Assembly (NCBI GenBank): GCA_038207785.1
Contig: JBBQZK010000001.1
Location: forward strand, 76,149-140,148
Length of the DNA: 64,000 bases
Source: Candidatus Limnocylindria bacterium
Lineage (GTDB): Bacteria > Chloroflexota > Limnocylindria > P2-11E
Direction: 5' to 3'
Positions 28,556 through 38,500 of this stretch are shown here, piece by piece; position 1 is the stretch's first letter, and each line of letters begins with the position of its first letter. The translations under genes and the position numbers were made by a program. Below the pieces are notes generated by a model, which was not told where the DNA came from, ran no database searches, and was given only the letters and a program-made list of their open reading frames with translations.

Positions 28556-29430
28556 CAGCCCATCAACCGTAGCAAGGCCGTCGCGGCGGCCGATGGCTCC
28601 GACCCTTGCCTGGTAAGCGTGTGGATCGCGCGCTTGGGCGGTGGGTGTCCCTCGATGCGCAGCTGCACCAGATCGCCGCGGCCGAGCTCCGCCCGGATGG
28701 CCATCTCGGGCAGCAGGGCCGCCCCGAGCCCGGACAGGACGACGCGCTTGCAGGCCTCGGTGTTGTCGAGCTCCATCAGGATCCGGGGCGCGGTCTCGCC
28801 TGCGGCGAAGAACGCCATCGTCATGGTGTGCAGGAAGGCCGCGGGATCCCGAATGACAAGGCCGGACTGCGCGAGCTCATCCATCTTCACCGCGCTCCGC
28901 CGCGCCAGCCGGTGCGACGGCGCGACCACGACGGGGACCGCCTCCGTGAACAGCACCCGGGCCACGAGATCGGGCAGCAGAACAAGCTGGCTCACGACGG
29001 CGAGCTCCACCTCCTCGCTACGCAGCAGGTCCGCCACGAAACGCGAGTGGCCGCTTCGGACGAGGGTCTCGATCTGCGGATGGCGCGCCGCGAATCGCGC
29101 GAGCGCCCGGGGTGCGAGGTAGAGCGCGAGGTCGGAGGCGAGGCCGACCGCGAGCCGCCCGCCCCGGGCCTCGCTGCCGGCCTTCGCCTCGGTCGCGCCC
29201 CGGCGCAAGGAGTCCATCGCGGCGATGGCGCGGGGCAGGAAGCGCCGCCCCGCCGGCGTGAGCGACACGCCGCGCCGTCCCCGCACCAGCAGCTGCGCCC
29301 CGAGCTCACGCTCGAGACCGTGCAGACGGGCCGTGCAGGTGGGCTGGGTCAGTCCAAGTGCGTCCGCGGCGCGGCTGATCGATCCCCGCCGGTTCGCTTC
29401 GACGAAGGCCTCGACCTGACCCAGCTCCAT
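28555..29430 (-). CDS. LysR family transcriptional regulator, divergent from acn-icd-mdh
   Basis: GSISRAA..LGLTQP.....L..LE.ELG..LL.R..RG..LT.AG. Confidence 0.93.
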   Translation of the reverse strand: MELGQVEAFVEANRRGSISRAADALGLTQPTCTARLHGLERELGAQLLVRGRRGVSLTPAGRRFLPRAIAAMDSLRRGATEAKAGSEARGGRLAVGLASDLALYLAPRALARFAARHPQIETLVRSGHSRFVADLLRSEEVELAVVSQLVLLPDLVARVLFTEAVPVVVAPSHRLARRSAVKMDELAQSGLVIRDPAAFLHTMTMAFFAAGETAPRILMELDNTEACKRVVLSGLGAALLPEMAIRAELGRGDLVQLRIEGHPPPKRAIHTLTRQGSEPSAAATALLRLMG

Positions 29431-29439
29431 CGCTCAGAT

Positions 29440-29454
29440 ATAGACGAACTCTAT
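29440..29454. promoter_or_regulatory. LysR recognition box ATAG-N7-CTAT (T-N11-A)
   Basis: ATAGACGAACTCTAT about 10 nt upstream of the lysR start in the divergent intergenic region. Confidence 0.65.
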
Positions 29455-29539
29455 GGTGCTAGCAAGTGGATAGGTGTAGTCGATGGTCAGTTCCGCGCCT
29501 ACGATGAGCCCCATCCGGACGATCCGGGGGGAGGCGCAC

Positions 29540-31612
29540 GTGGCGGCGTTGAACCTGACCCAAAAGATCATCCAGAGCCATCTGGGCGCGGGCGATCTGG
29601 TGGCCGGCACTGAGGTCTCGATCCGCGTCGACCAGGGCCTCCTTCAGGACACCACGGGGACGATGGGCTTCCTCCAGCTCGAAGAGCTCGGGATCGACCA
29701 GATCAAGATCCCATTCGCGATCGTCTACGTGGACCACAACATCCTCGCGATCGACTTCAAGAACCCGGATGACCACATGTTCCTGCGCTCGTTCGCGCAG
29801 CGGCACGGCATCCACTTCTCACGCCCGGGCACCGGGATCTGCCACTACCTCCACATGGAGCGCTTCGCGAAGCCCGGCCAGACGCTCCTCGGCGCGGACA
29901 GTCACACGGTCATGGCCGGATCGGTGTCGATGATCGCCATTGGTGCGGGCGGCCTCGATGTCGCGGTCGCGCTCGCGGGCCACGGCTTCACGATGGCGAT
30001 GCCAAAGGTCGTGGAGGTGCGTCTTGAGAACCGACTCGGTCCGTGGATCCAGGCAAAGGACATCATCCTGGAGCTGCTCCGCCGTCGCGACGTGAAGGGC
30101 GGCGTCGGCCGCATCTTCGAGTTCACCGGAGCAGGGGTCGAGACGTTGTCGGTCCCCGAGCGCGGGACGATCTGCAACATGATCGCCGAGCTCGGCGCGA
30201 CCACCGGCATCTTCCCGAGCGACCGGCGCACCAAGGAATGGCTCACCGAGCAGCGCCGGCCGGGCGACTTCGTCGAGCTCGCGGCCGACACGGGCGCGTC
30301 GTACGAAGAGCGCGAGGTCATCGATCTGGCGAAGCTCGAGCCGCTCATCGCCAAGCCCTCGAGCCCCGGCAACGTGGTCCCGGTGCGCGAGGTCGCGGGC
30401 ATCAAGGTCCAGCAGGTGTGCGTCGGCTCAAGCGTGAACTCGGGCTACGCGGATCTCGCGATCGTCGCCGCGGTCATGAAGGGCAAGACCGCGCACCCCG
30501 AGGTGTTCATGACCGTGACCCCGGGCTCCAAGCAGATCCTCGACGCGCTGGCGGACGGCGGGGCCTACCAGGACATGCTGGCCGCGGGCGCCCGGATGCT
30601 CGAGCCCGCGTGCGGCCCCTGCGTCGGGATGGGCCAGGCGCCGCCGACCGGCAGCGTCTCCGTGCGGACGTTCAACCGCAACTTCCCTGGACGCAGCGGC
30701 ACCGACAACGACCAGGTGTACCTCTGCAGTCCGACGACGGCCGCGGCGACGGCGCTCTTCGGCGTCATCACCGATCCGCGGGACCTCGGCCAGGAGCCGA
30801 CGTTCAGCGTCCCGGCGATGGATCCGGGGGTCGACGACTCGAACATCCTCATTCCCCCGCCGCCGGATGAGGCGCGCTCGGTGCACGTGGTCAAGGGGCC
30901 GAACATCCAGCCGCCCCCGCGGCAGACGCCGCTGCAGAACATGCTCAACGGCGAGGTCATCATCAAGCTCGGCGACAACGTGTCGACGGGCGACCTCTCA
31001 CCGGACGGCGCCGTGGTGATGGCCCTTCGTTCGAACGTCAACGCCATCGCCGAGTTCACGTTCAAGCGTTTCGATGCCACCTTCCCGCAGCGCGCCCGCG
31101 AGAAGGGTGGCGGGTTCATCGTGGCGGGCCAGAACTATGGGCAGGGCTCGAGCCGCGAGCATGCGGCGCTCGCGCCGAAGGCTCTGGGGATCCATGCCGT
31201 CATCGCCCAGTCCTTCGCCCGGATCCACCGCCGCAACCTGATCTCACAGGGGATCCCACCGCTCGTCTTCAAGAACGAGTCGGACCTGGCGAAGATCGAT
31301 CAGGGCGACACCCTCACGATCGACGGGCTCCGCACAGCGCTCGAGTCGAACAGGGACAATGAGATCGTCACCGGCCGCACCAACACGGGCGCCCTGATCC
31401 CGCTCAGCGCCAGCTTCCTGCCGAGCGAGGCCAAGACCCTTCTCGCCGGGGGCCTCCTGGCGGAGTTGCGTGGCGGCGGCGACGCGCTGTCCGCGGGCGT
31501 GGTCGTCAGCGCGGCGGCCGACCAGGGCTCGCCGCGGGAGAGTCACAATCTCCCGGTGGCCGGCGACGAGCCGGTGAAGACGGCGAAGGACGCGAACAAG
31601 AGTCCGAGATGA
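29540..31612 (+). CDS. Aconitate hydratase (compact ~690-aa type)
   Basis: YVDHN, GICH, GADSHT, CGPCVGMG, RTFNRNF.GR, NYGQGSSREHAA, SFARIH; GGGGAGG RBS. Confidence 0.9.
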   Translation: MAALNLTQKIIQSHLGAGDLVAGTEVSIRVDQGLLQDTTGTMGFLQLEELGIDQIKIPFAIVYVDHNILAIDFKNPDDHMFLRSFAQRHGIHFSRPGTGICHYLHMERFAKPGQTLLGADSHTVMAGSVSMIAIGAGGLDVAVALAGHGFTMAMPKVVEVRLENRLGPWIQAKDIILELLRRRDVKGGVGRIFEFTGAGVETLSVPERGTICNMIAELGATTGIFPSDRRTKEWLTEQRRPGDFVELAADTGASYEEREVIDLAKLEPLIAKPSSPGNVVPVREVAGIKVQQVCVGSSVNSGYADLAIVAAVMKGKTAHPEVFMTVTPGSKQILDALADGGAYQDMLAAGARMLEPACGPCVGMGQAPPTGSVSVRTFNRNFPGRSGTDNDQVYLCSPTTAAATALFGVITDPRDLGQEPTFSVPAMDPGVDDSNILIPPPPDEARSVHVVKGPNIQPPPRQTPLQNMLNGEVIIKLGDNVSTGDLSPDGAVVMALRSNVNAIAEFTFKRFDATFPQRAREKGGGFIVAGQNYGQGSSREHAALAPKALGIHAVIAQSFARIHRRNLISQGIPPLVFKNESDLAKIDQGDTLTIDGLRTALESNRDNEIVTGRTNTGALIPLSASFLPSEAKTLLAGGLLAELRGGGDALSAGVVVSAAADQGSPRESHNLPVAGDEPVKTAKDANKSPR

Positions 31613-32706
31613 CGACGCACCGCATCACCCTTATCCCGGGCGATGGCACCGGCCCCGAGATCGTCGAGGCGACCCGGCGCGCCATCGAGGCCACCGGTGT
31701 GCAGATCGAGTGGGACCGCCAGGAGATCGGCGTGCCGGCCATCGCCAAGTTCGGGACCCCGTTCCCGCCGGAGGCCCTCGCCTCGATCCGGCGCAACAAG
31801 ATCGGCCTCAAGGGACCGCTCACGACCGAGCTCGGCACGGGCTTCCGCTCCGTCAACGTGGCGTTGCGCAAAGAGTTCGACCTCTATGCGAACCTCCGGC
31901 CAGCGAAGACCTACCCTGGCGTCCGCGCACCGATGGGCAACATCGACCTCGTCGTGGTCCGCGAGAACATCGAGGACCTGTACGCGGGGATCGAGTTCGA
32001 TCTCGGGACCGACGAGCTCCGAACGGTCCGCGAGACCATCGAGAAGGCGAGCAACCAGAAGATCCGCGAGGATGCGGCGATCTCGATCAAGTACATCTCG
32101 GAGATGGGCAGCCGCCGCATCGTCACGTTCGCGTTCGAGTACGCGCGGACGAACCGTCGGAGGAAGGTCACGGCCGTGCACAAGGCGAACGTCATGAAGT
32201 TCACCGACGGGCTGTTCCTCCGCGTGGCCGGTGAGGTCGCGAAGGAGTACCCGGACATCGAGTTCGAGGACCGGATCGTGGACAACATGTGCATGCAGCT
32301 CGTGCAGAAGCCCGAGCTCTACGACGTGCTCGTGCTGCCGAACCTCTACGGGGACATTGTGAGCGACCTCGTCGCCGGGCTTGCCGGCGGGCTCGGGGTC
32401 GCGCCCGGCGCGAACATCGGCGAGAACGGCGTCGCCGTGTTCGAGGCGATCCATGGATCGGCCCCGAAGTACGCCGGTCAGAACAAGGTGAACCCGATGG
32501 CCCTCATGCTCGCGGGTGCGCTCATGCTGCGGCACATCGGCGAGCGCGAGGCGGGCGACCGCCTCGAGCGCGGGATCGCCGCCGTCGTTGCGATCGGCAC
32601 AGACGTCACGTATGACCTGAAGCACGACCGCGACGACCCGACCGCGGTCGGCACGAAGGAGTTCGCAGACGCTGTGATCAAGCAGCTGGCGGCCGTCCAT
32701 GTCTGA
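31609..32706 (+). CDS. icd: Isocitrate dehydrogenase (NAD+-type isocitrate/isopropylmalate dehydrogenase family)
   Basis: IPGDGTGPE, RSVNVALRK, REN.EDLY.GIE, VHKANVMK, NLYGDIVSD, EAIHGSAP; sits between acn and mdh. Confidence 0.85.
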   Translation: MTTHRITLIPGDGTGPEIVEATRRAIEATGVQIEWDRQEIGVPAIAKFGTPFPPEALASIRRNKIGLKGPLTTELGTGFRSVNVALRKEFDLYANLRPAKTYPGVRAPMGNIDLVVVRENIEDLYAGIEFDLGTDELRTVRETIEKASNQKIREDAAISIKYISEMGSRRIVTFAFEYARTNRRRKVTAVHKANVMKFTDGLFLRVAGEVAKEYPDIEFEDRIVDNMCMQLVQKPELYDVLVLPNLYGDIVSDLVAGLAGGLGVAPGANIGENGVAVFEAIHGSAPKYAGQNKVNPMALMLAGALMLRHIGEREAGDRLERGIAAVVAIGTDVTYDLKHDRDDPTAVGTKEFADAVIKQLAAVHV

Positions 32707-33127
32707 GCAGGATGCCAAGAACCCGCAGCGCTATCTCCACAGCACCGGCACGAAGTTCGAGTTCCAATTCGGCTACTCCCGCGCGGTGCGCCACGGCAGC
32801 GTCATCCGGGTCGCGGGCACCGCGGGTCTCGACGAGAGCGGCGTCCCGGTGCAGGGCTCCGTGGTCGATCAGACGAAGCGCGCCCTTGAGATCATCAAGG
32901 TGGCCATCGAAGACCTGGGCGGCCGGATCGAGGACACGATCATGACGCGTGTGTACGTGGCGGACGTGGCCTCCATCGAAAGCGTCGCGGTCGTGCACGG
33001 CGAATTCTTCCGTGACATCCGGCCGGCGACGACGATCGTCCAGGTGAACTTCATCGACGCCCGGATCCAGGTCGAGATCGAAGCCGAGGCCGTCTTCGGC
33101 GGCGCCGACGCCACGCAGCCCGCATGA
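32699..33127 (+). CDS. RidA/YjgF/UK114 family protein (Rid4-7 type, no catalytic Arg)
   Basis: GYSRAV, VAGT, HGEFF.DIRPATT, VEIEAEA. Confidence 0.88.
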   Translation: MSEQDAKNPQRYLHSTGTKFEFQFGYSRAVRHGSVIRVAGTAGLDESGVPVQGSVVDQTKRALEIIKVAIEDLGGRIEDTIMTRVYVADVASIESVAVVHGEFFRDIRPATTIVQVNFIDARIQVEIEAEAVFGGADATQPA

Positions 33128-34107
33128 GCACCGTACGCGTCGTCGTCACGGGGGCGACGGGGCAGGTCGCGTACGCGCTGCTCCCCCGCATCGCGGCCGG
33201 CGAGATGTTCGGCCCGGAGACGGAGGTCGACCTGCGCCTTGCGGACATCCCGCCCGTCATCGAGAAGGCCAAGGGCGTCGTGATGGAGCTCGAGGACGGC
33301 GCGTACCCGATGCTCGCGCGGGTGAGCGCGAGCAGTGATCGGGCCGAGACCCACGCGGGCGCCGATTGGGTCCTGCTCGTGGGCAGCGTGCCGCGCGGCC
33401 CGGGCATGGAGCGCGGGGACCTCATCCGGAAGAACGGCCCGATCTTCGTCGATGAAGGCAAAGCGATCGCGCAGTACGGCTCCAAGAACGTGCGTGCGGT
33501 CGTCGTCGGCAATCCCTGCAACACGAACTGCCTCATCGCGCGCCACTCGGCCGGTGACACGCTGCCGGCGGACCGGTGGACGGCACTCACCCGGCTCGAC
33601 CAGAACCGGGCCACGTCGCTGCTCGCAGCGAAGGCGCGACAGCGCAGCAAGAACGTCAAGCACCTGGCCATCTGGGGCAACCACAGCGCGACGCTGTACC
33701 CGGACTTCACGAACGCGACCGTGGGCGGGAAGCCGGCAGATGAGGCGGTCGAGCGCGCCTGGCTCGAGAGCGAGTTCATCCCTGCGGTGCAGCAACGCGG
33801 TGCCGCGGTCATCGCGGCGCGGGGCGCATCCAGCGCGTTCTCCGCGGCGCAGGCCATCGTCGATCACGTGAAGAGCCTCGTGACGAAGACCCCGGAGGAC
33901 GAGTGGTTCAGCGCCGCGGTCGTCTCGGACGGCAGCTACGGTGTGGCCCGAGGCATCGTGTCCTCATTCCCGCTGCGGTCCACAGGCAATGGCGGCTATG
34001 AGATCGTCCAGGGCGTTCGACTGGACGCGTTCGCGAAGGCAAAGATCGACGCGACGATCGCGGAGCTCGAGAAGGAGCGCGAGATCGTGAAGGATCTGCT
34101 CGGCTAG
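33124..34107 (+). CDS. mdh: Malate dehydrogenase
   Basis: VTGATGQVAY.L, GVVMELED, PRGPGMERGDL..KN, VVGNPCNTN, TRLDQNR, IWGNHS. Confidence 0.96.
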   Translation: MSTVRVVVTGATGQVAYALLPRIAAGEMFGPETEVDLRLADIPPVIEKAKGVVMELEDGAYPMLARVSASSDRAETHAGADWVLLVGSVPRGPGMERGDLIRKNGPIFVDEGKAIAQYGSKNVRAVVVGNPCNTNCLIARHSAGDTLPADRWTALTRLDQNRATSLLAAKARQRSKNVKHLAIWGNHSATLYPDFTNATVGGKPADEAVERAWLESEFIPAVQQRGAAVIAARGASSAFSAAQAIVDHVKSLVTKTPEDEWFSAAVVSDGSYGVARGIVSSFPLRSTGNGGYEIVQGVRLDAFAKAKIDATIAELEKEREIVKDLLG

Positions 34108-34112
34108 CGATC

Positions 34113-35054
34113 GTGGAGCGCGTGGACGTCGCGATCGTTGGTGGCGGTCCTGCCGGTCTGTCGGCCGCCCTCATGCTCGGACGATGTCGCCGCACGGTCG
34201 TCGTGGTCGACGCGGGCGAACAGCGGAACCGCAGGGCCGGAGCGCTCCATGGATTCATCACCCGAGACGGCACCCCGCCCGGCGACCTCCTGCGCGCGGC
34301 GCGTGCGGACCTCGAGGGCTATCCGGAGGTGACGCTCCGCACCGGCGTCGTGAACGCCATCACCGGGGCGCGTGGCACCTTCGAGCTCCGCCTCGCCGAG
34401 GGCGCGCCGTTCCAGGCTCGCAGGGTGTTGCTTGCCACGGGTGTGATCGACGTCGTTCCCGCCATCGAAGGCTTGCCGGACCTGTTCGGCCGGAGCGTCC
34501 ACCACTGCCCCCATTGCGATGGCTACGAGTACGCCGGCAAGCCGATCGCCGTGTACGGCCAGGCCGGACCGCGCGTGGACGCCGCGCTGGCCATGCTCGC
34601 CTGGAGCGACGACGTCGTGCTCCTCACCGACGCGCGCCCGCTCGATCGGGAGGACCGCGCGCGCCTCGAGTCGCTCGGGGTGCGGGTCCGGGATGAGCGT
34701 GTCATACGGCTGGAGGGTGCGGATGGACGGCTCGAACGAGTGGTGTTCGCGGACGGAGCGGCGCTGGCGCGGTCAGCGGTGTTCCTCGTAGCGGGGCAGC
34801 GGGAGCAGAGCGAGCTCGCGAAGCAGCTCGGCTGCGAGCTGACGGCCGACGGGGTGGTGAAGGCCGACGAGCATGAGGTGACGAGCGTGCCGGGCGTATA
34901 CGTCGCGGGCGACGCCGGCGTCGGTGAGCAGCTGGTGATCGTCGCCGCGGCGCAGGGCACGATCGCGGCGACGAAGATCCACGCCTCGCTTTGGGAGGAA
35001 GACCTCCGGTCGCGCGCGGCCACGGAGCCCGGTCGCGCTGGGACGTCCGGCTAA
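34113..35054 (+). CDS. Thioredoxin-reductase-like FAD oxidoreductase (CPxCDG type)
   Basis: IVGGGPAGLSAA, LLATG, HHCPHCDGYE, TSVPGVYVAGD. Confidence 0.88.
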   Translation: MERVDVAIVGGGPAGLSAALMLGRCRRTVVVVDAGEQRNRRAGALHGFITRDGTPPGDLLRAARADLEGYPEVTLRTGVVNAITGARGTFELRLAEGAPFQARRVLLATGVIDVVPAIEGLPDLFGRSVHHCPHCDGYEYAGKPIAVYGQAGPRVDAALAMLAWSDDVVLLTDARPLDREDRARLESLGVRVRDERVIRLEGADGRLERVVFADGAALARSAVFLVAGQREQSELAKQLGCELTADGVVKADEHEVTSVPGVYVAGDAGVGEQLVIVAAAQGTIAATKIHASLWEEDLRSRAATEPGRAGTSG

Positions 35055-35575
35055 GCGGTGCTCGCCGCCGCGTAGATCGCGTTCAAGAACCCGCTCGGCA
35101 CGCGGCCGATGGATCGGGTACCGCTGAACCCGGCGGGCGGCGCGACCGCGAGCCACGTCGTGAAGCTGATCGGGTGCGGCACCCAGTGATTGCCACGGTC
35201 GGCGTCGTATTCGACGAGCACGAAGGTGCCACCTGGCCGGAGGTACGAGCGCACGAGCGCCAGCACCGGCGCCTTGTCGCTCACGAAGTGCAGCGCGTTC
35301 GCCATGAGCACGCCGTCCATGCCGCCGATGCCGAGCGCGCGGGTGAAGTCAGCGGCGCGCTGATCCAGTCGCACTGACGGGAAGCGCGAACGCACCGCGG
35401 CGGCCTGCGTGACCATGGCGCCGCGGTCCTTGTCGACGGAATGGATGCGCCCACCGGCCCCGAGCAGGTCCGCCAGCGCGAGCGTGAACGACCCGGTGCC
35501 CGATCCGAGCTCCAGCCACGTGGTCCCGGGCGTGACCGCCTCGCGAATGAGCCCGACGTGGTCATCGTGCTTCAA
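35051..35575 (-). CDS. Class I SAM-dependent methyltransferase
   Basis: LELGSGTG, VD, ADF, ANALHF, LRPGGTF. Confidence 0.88.
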   Translation of the reverse strand: MKHDDHVGLIREAVTPGTTWLELGSGTGSFTLALADLLGAGGRIHSVDKDRGAMVTQAAAVRSRFPSVRLDQRAADFTRALGIGGMDGVLMANALHFVSDKAPVLALVRSYLRPGGTFVLVEYDADRGNHWVPHPISFTTWLAVAPPAGFSGTRSIGRVPSGFLNAIYAAASTA

Positions 35576-38500
35576 CGCGCGTCAGCGCGGGCACGCTTGC
35601 GCGCGTAGGCGCGGGTGTCGGCATTGTCGACGAGCGCCTTCGCGGTCTGGCCGTCCAAGGGGTACGCCGCGATGCCCCACGATCGTGCGGGCATCCGGAT
35701 CTTGCGGCCATCGGACAGATCCACCTCCGAGCCGTCGAGCTCGTCCATGAGCCGCTGCACGACGCGCTCGGCCTCATCGCGCGGCGTCTCGGGCATGACG
35801 ATCGCGAACTCGTCGCCACCGTAGCGGGCCGGGATGTCCTCCGCGCGAACGCGCCGGCCGATGAGCCCGCCGAGGGTGCGCAGGACGGCGTCGCCGGCCA
35901 GATGGCCATACGTGTCGTTCACCCGCTTCAGTCCGTCGATGTCGAAGTACGCCACCGCGAGCGACGTCGCGTGTCGTTCGGCGCGGGCGACCTCTTCCTC
36001 CAGGCGGTCGTAGAAGTAGCCGTAGTTGTGGATACCGGTCAGGGCATCGGTGTTCGCGGCGCGCTTCAGCCGCTCGTGCAGCTCGGCAACGTCGATGGCC
36101 GCGGCGATCTGCGCCGCGACGGCCTGCAGGAGCGTGAGGTCGCGCTGCCCGAACACCCCGACCGACGGATGCGACACGACGAGCGCGCCGATCGTGTGGC
36201 CCGAGGATACGAGCGGCACGACCATCTCCGAGCGGACGTTCGGGTCGCCGAGGTACCGCGGATCGCTGCGTACGTCCTCGACGATCTGCGCTTCGCCGTG
36301 CTGCACGGCCCAGCCGGAGAGTCCCCGGCCGTTCTCGACGCGGCTCGGGCTCGTCAGGTCCGCCTGCGCCCCGCCCGCCGCACGCACGACCAGATCCCCG
36401 GTGGCCTCCTCACGCAACATGATCGTGAACGCTGAGCCGGGCATGTGTCGCTCCAGGATCGCGAGGATCCGCTTGAGCAGCTGCTGCATGTCGAGCAGCG
36501 TGTGGAACTCCGGGGTGATCTCAGCCAGGATCGACAGCTCGCGCGAGGCGCCCACCACGACTTCCGCGGCCGCCACGGCCCCACGTGCCTCGATCATCGT
36601 CACGAAGAGGTCGACGATCGCGGGGTCGTACCACGCGCCCGCCAGTGTCCGGAGCTCGGCGATCGCTGCTTCCGCGGGGAGGGCCAGGCGATACGGACGG
36701 TCCGCGAGCATCGCTTCGTACCCGATCGCGACGGAGAGGATGCGGGCGGCCATGGGGATCGCATCGCCTTGTAGCGCATCGGGGTAGCCCGTGCCGTCCC
36801 ATCGCTCGTTCGCGTGACGCACGATCGGGACGACGCTGCGCAGGAATTCGATCGATTCGAGGATCCGCGCCCCGAGCAGCGGGTGCTCCTGCACGATCTT
36901 CCGCTCCTCCGGCGTGAGCGGACCGCTCTTGGCGAGGATCGTGGCAGGTACGCCGATCTTCCCGAGCGAATGGAACAGGGACCCGTAGCGAAGGTCACGC
37001 AGGGTCGCGTCGTCGAGGCCGAGGCGTTCACCGACGGCAACGGCGTCGGCGGCGATACGCCGCTGATGATCCTCGCTGTAGCCGTCACGCGCCTGGATCA
37101 TCGCGGTGAGCTTCGATACGGTCGAGAGGTATGCGTCATCGAGCTTCTGATAGAGGCGCGTGGACCGGATGGCGGTCGCGCCCATGCCGGCGAGCACCCC
37201 GATGAGCTCCCGCTCGTCATCGGTGAACCGGTGCGGCTCGGTCCACGTCACCAGCAGCACGCCGACGGATTCGGACGCGGCCCGCAGCGGCTGGACGAAC
37301 AGCGCGCGGTGGCCCCACTCGCGCATTCGCGATCGCATCGGTTCCGGCGCTTCGTCGGAGTCGGTCACCTCCAGGGGCGTGCCGGACGCGACCGCGGTGA
37401 CGACGCTGGGCGCACCGGACCTCGAGAGCGCAAGGAGGTCGGACGGTCGGCGCCCCGTGGAGTTGCCGGCGAATTCGAGGGTGTCACCGCCGTTGTCGAG
37501 GTAGACCCCGGCCGCCGATGCGCCGATGGAGTCGACGAAGGCCTTCGTGAACAGGGGGACCACGTTTTCCATGCGTTGCTGGCTGTTGAGCTCGACCCCG
37601 ACCCGATGCAGATCGACGAGCCGCTTCGAGAGCCCGCTCGCGCGCGCGTACAGGTCCGCCCGCTCGATCGCGACCGCAGCCTCGTTCGCGATCGCCACGA
37701 GCAGCGCGAGGTCGCCGGCGTCGTAAGCGTTCGGCTTGACGCTCTGCACGGAGAGCGCACCAACGACGACGCCCTGGATGCGCATCGGTGCCACGAGTAC
37801 CGAGCGCTCGTTGATGGTCCCCCACGCGCTCCGGACGAGGCCGAGCTTGGGCATGTCGTGCTCGGTGTCGCGGATGAGCAGCGCCTCCGCGCGCTCGACC
37901 ACGAGACCGGCCAGCGTGCCGGCGGCGGGGAGGTCCTCCCGGGGCAGCTCGGTGTCCTGGTCCACCAGGAACCGGTACGACACCTGGCCCCGGGCCAGAT
38001 CCACGATCGCGACGAAGAACGCGTCGGACTCGAGGACCGTCCGCACCTGCGCGTACACCGCCCGGAACACCTCGGTCGTGTCGAGCGACATGCCGACGGC
38101 ATGCCCGACCTCAACGAGCGTCGCGAGCAGCCGCGCGCGGCGCTCGGCCACGAAGCGGGCCCGGATGTCGAGGTAGCCGAACACGAACAGCGGGATGCCC
38201 GGGATGAGGAACCAGGGCTCGATGAGGATGATCTCGATCGTGATGACGGCCGCGAGGCTCCAGAGGAGCTGCGCCCGCCCGGTCCGCACGAACCACCGCC
38301 AGCCTTGATCGAGGATCGCGCCGCGAAGGGCGACGAGCAGCAGATACAGCTGGCCGAGATCGACGGCCACCAGCGCGAGGACCGCCGTCACCGCGGCCGG
38401 AATGGAGGCGGGCGCGTCGAGCTGCGGCGCAACGGCTCGCCAGACGATCGCGTACAGGAGCGAGCCCACGCCGCTGGAGATCGCGATCGCGGCGGCGTTG

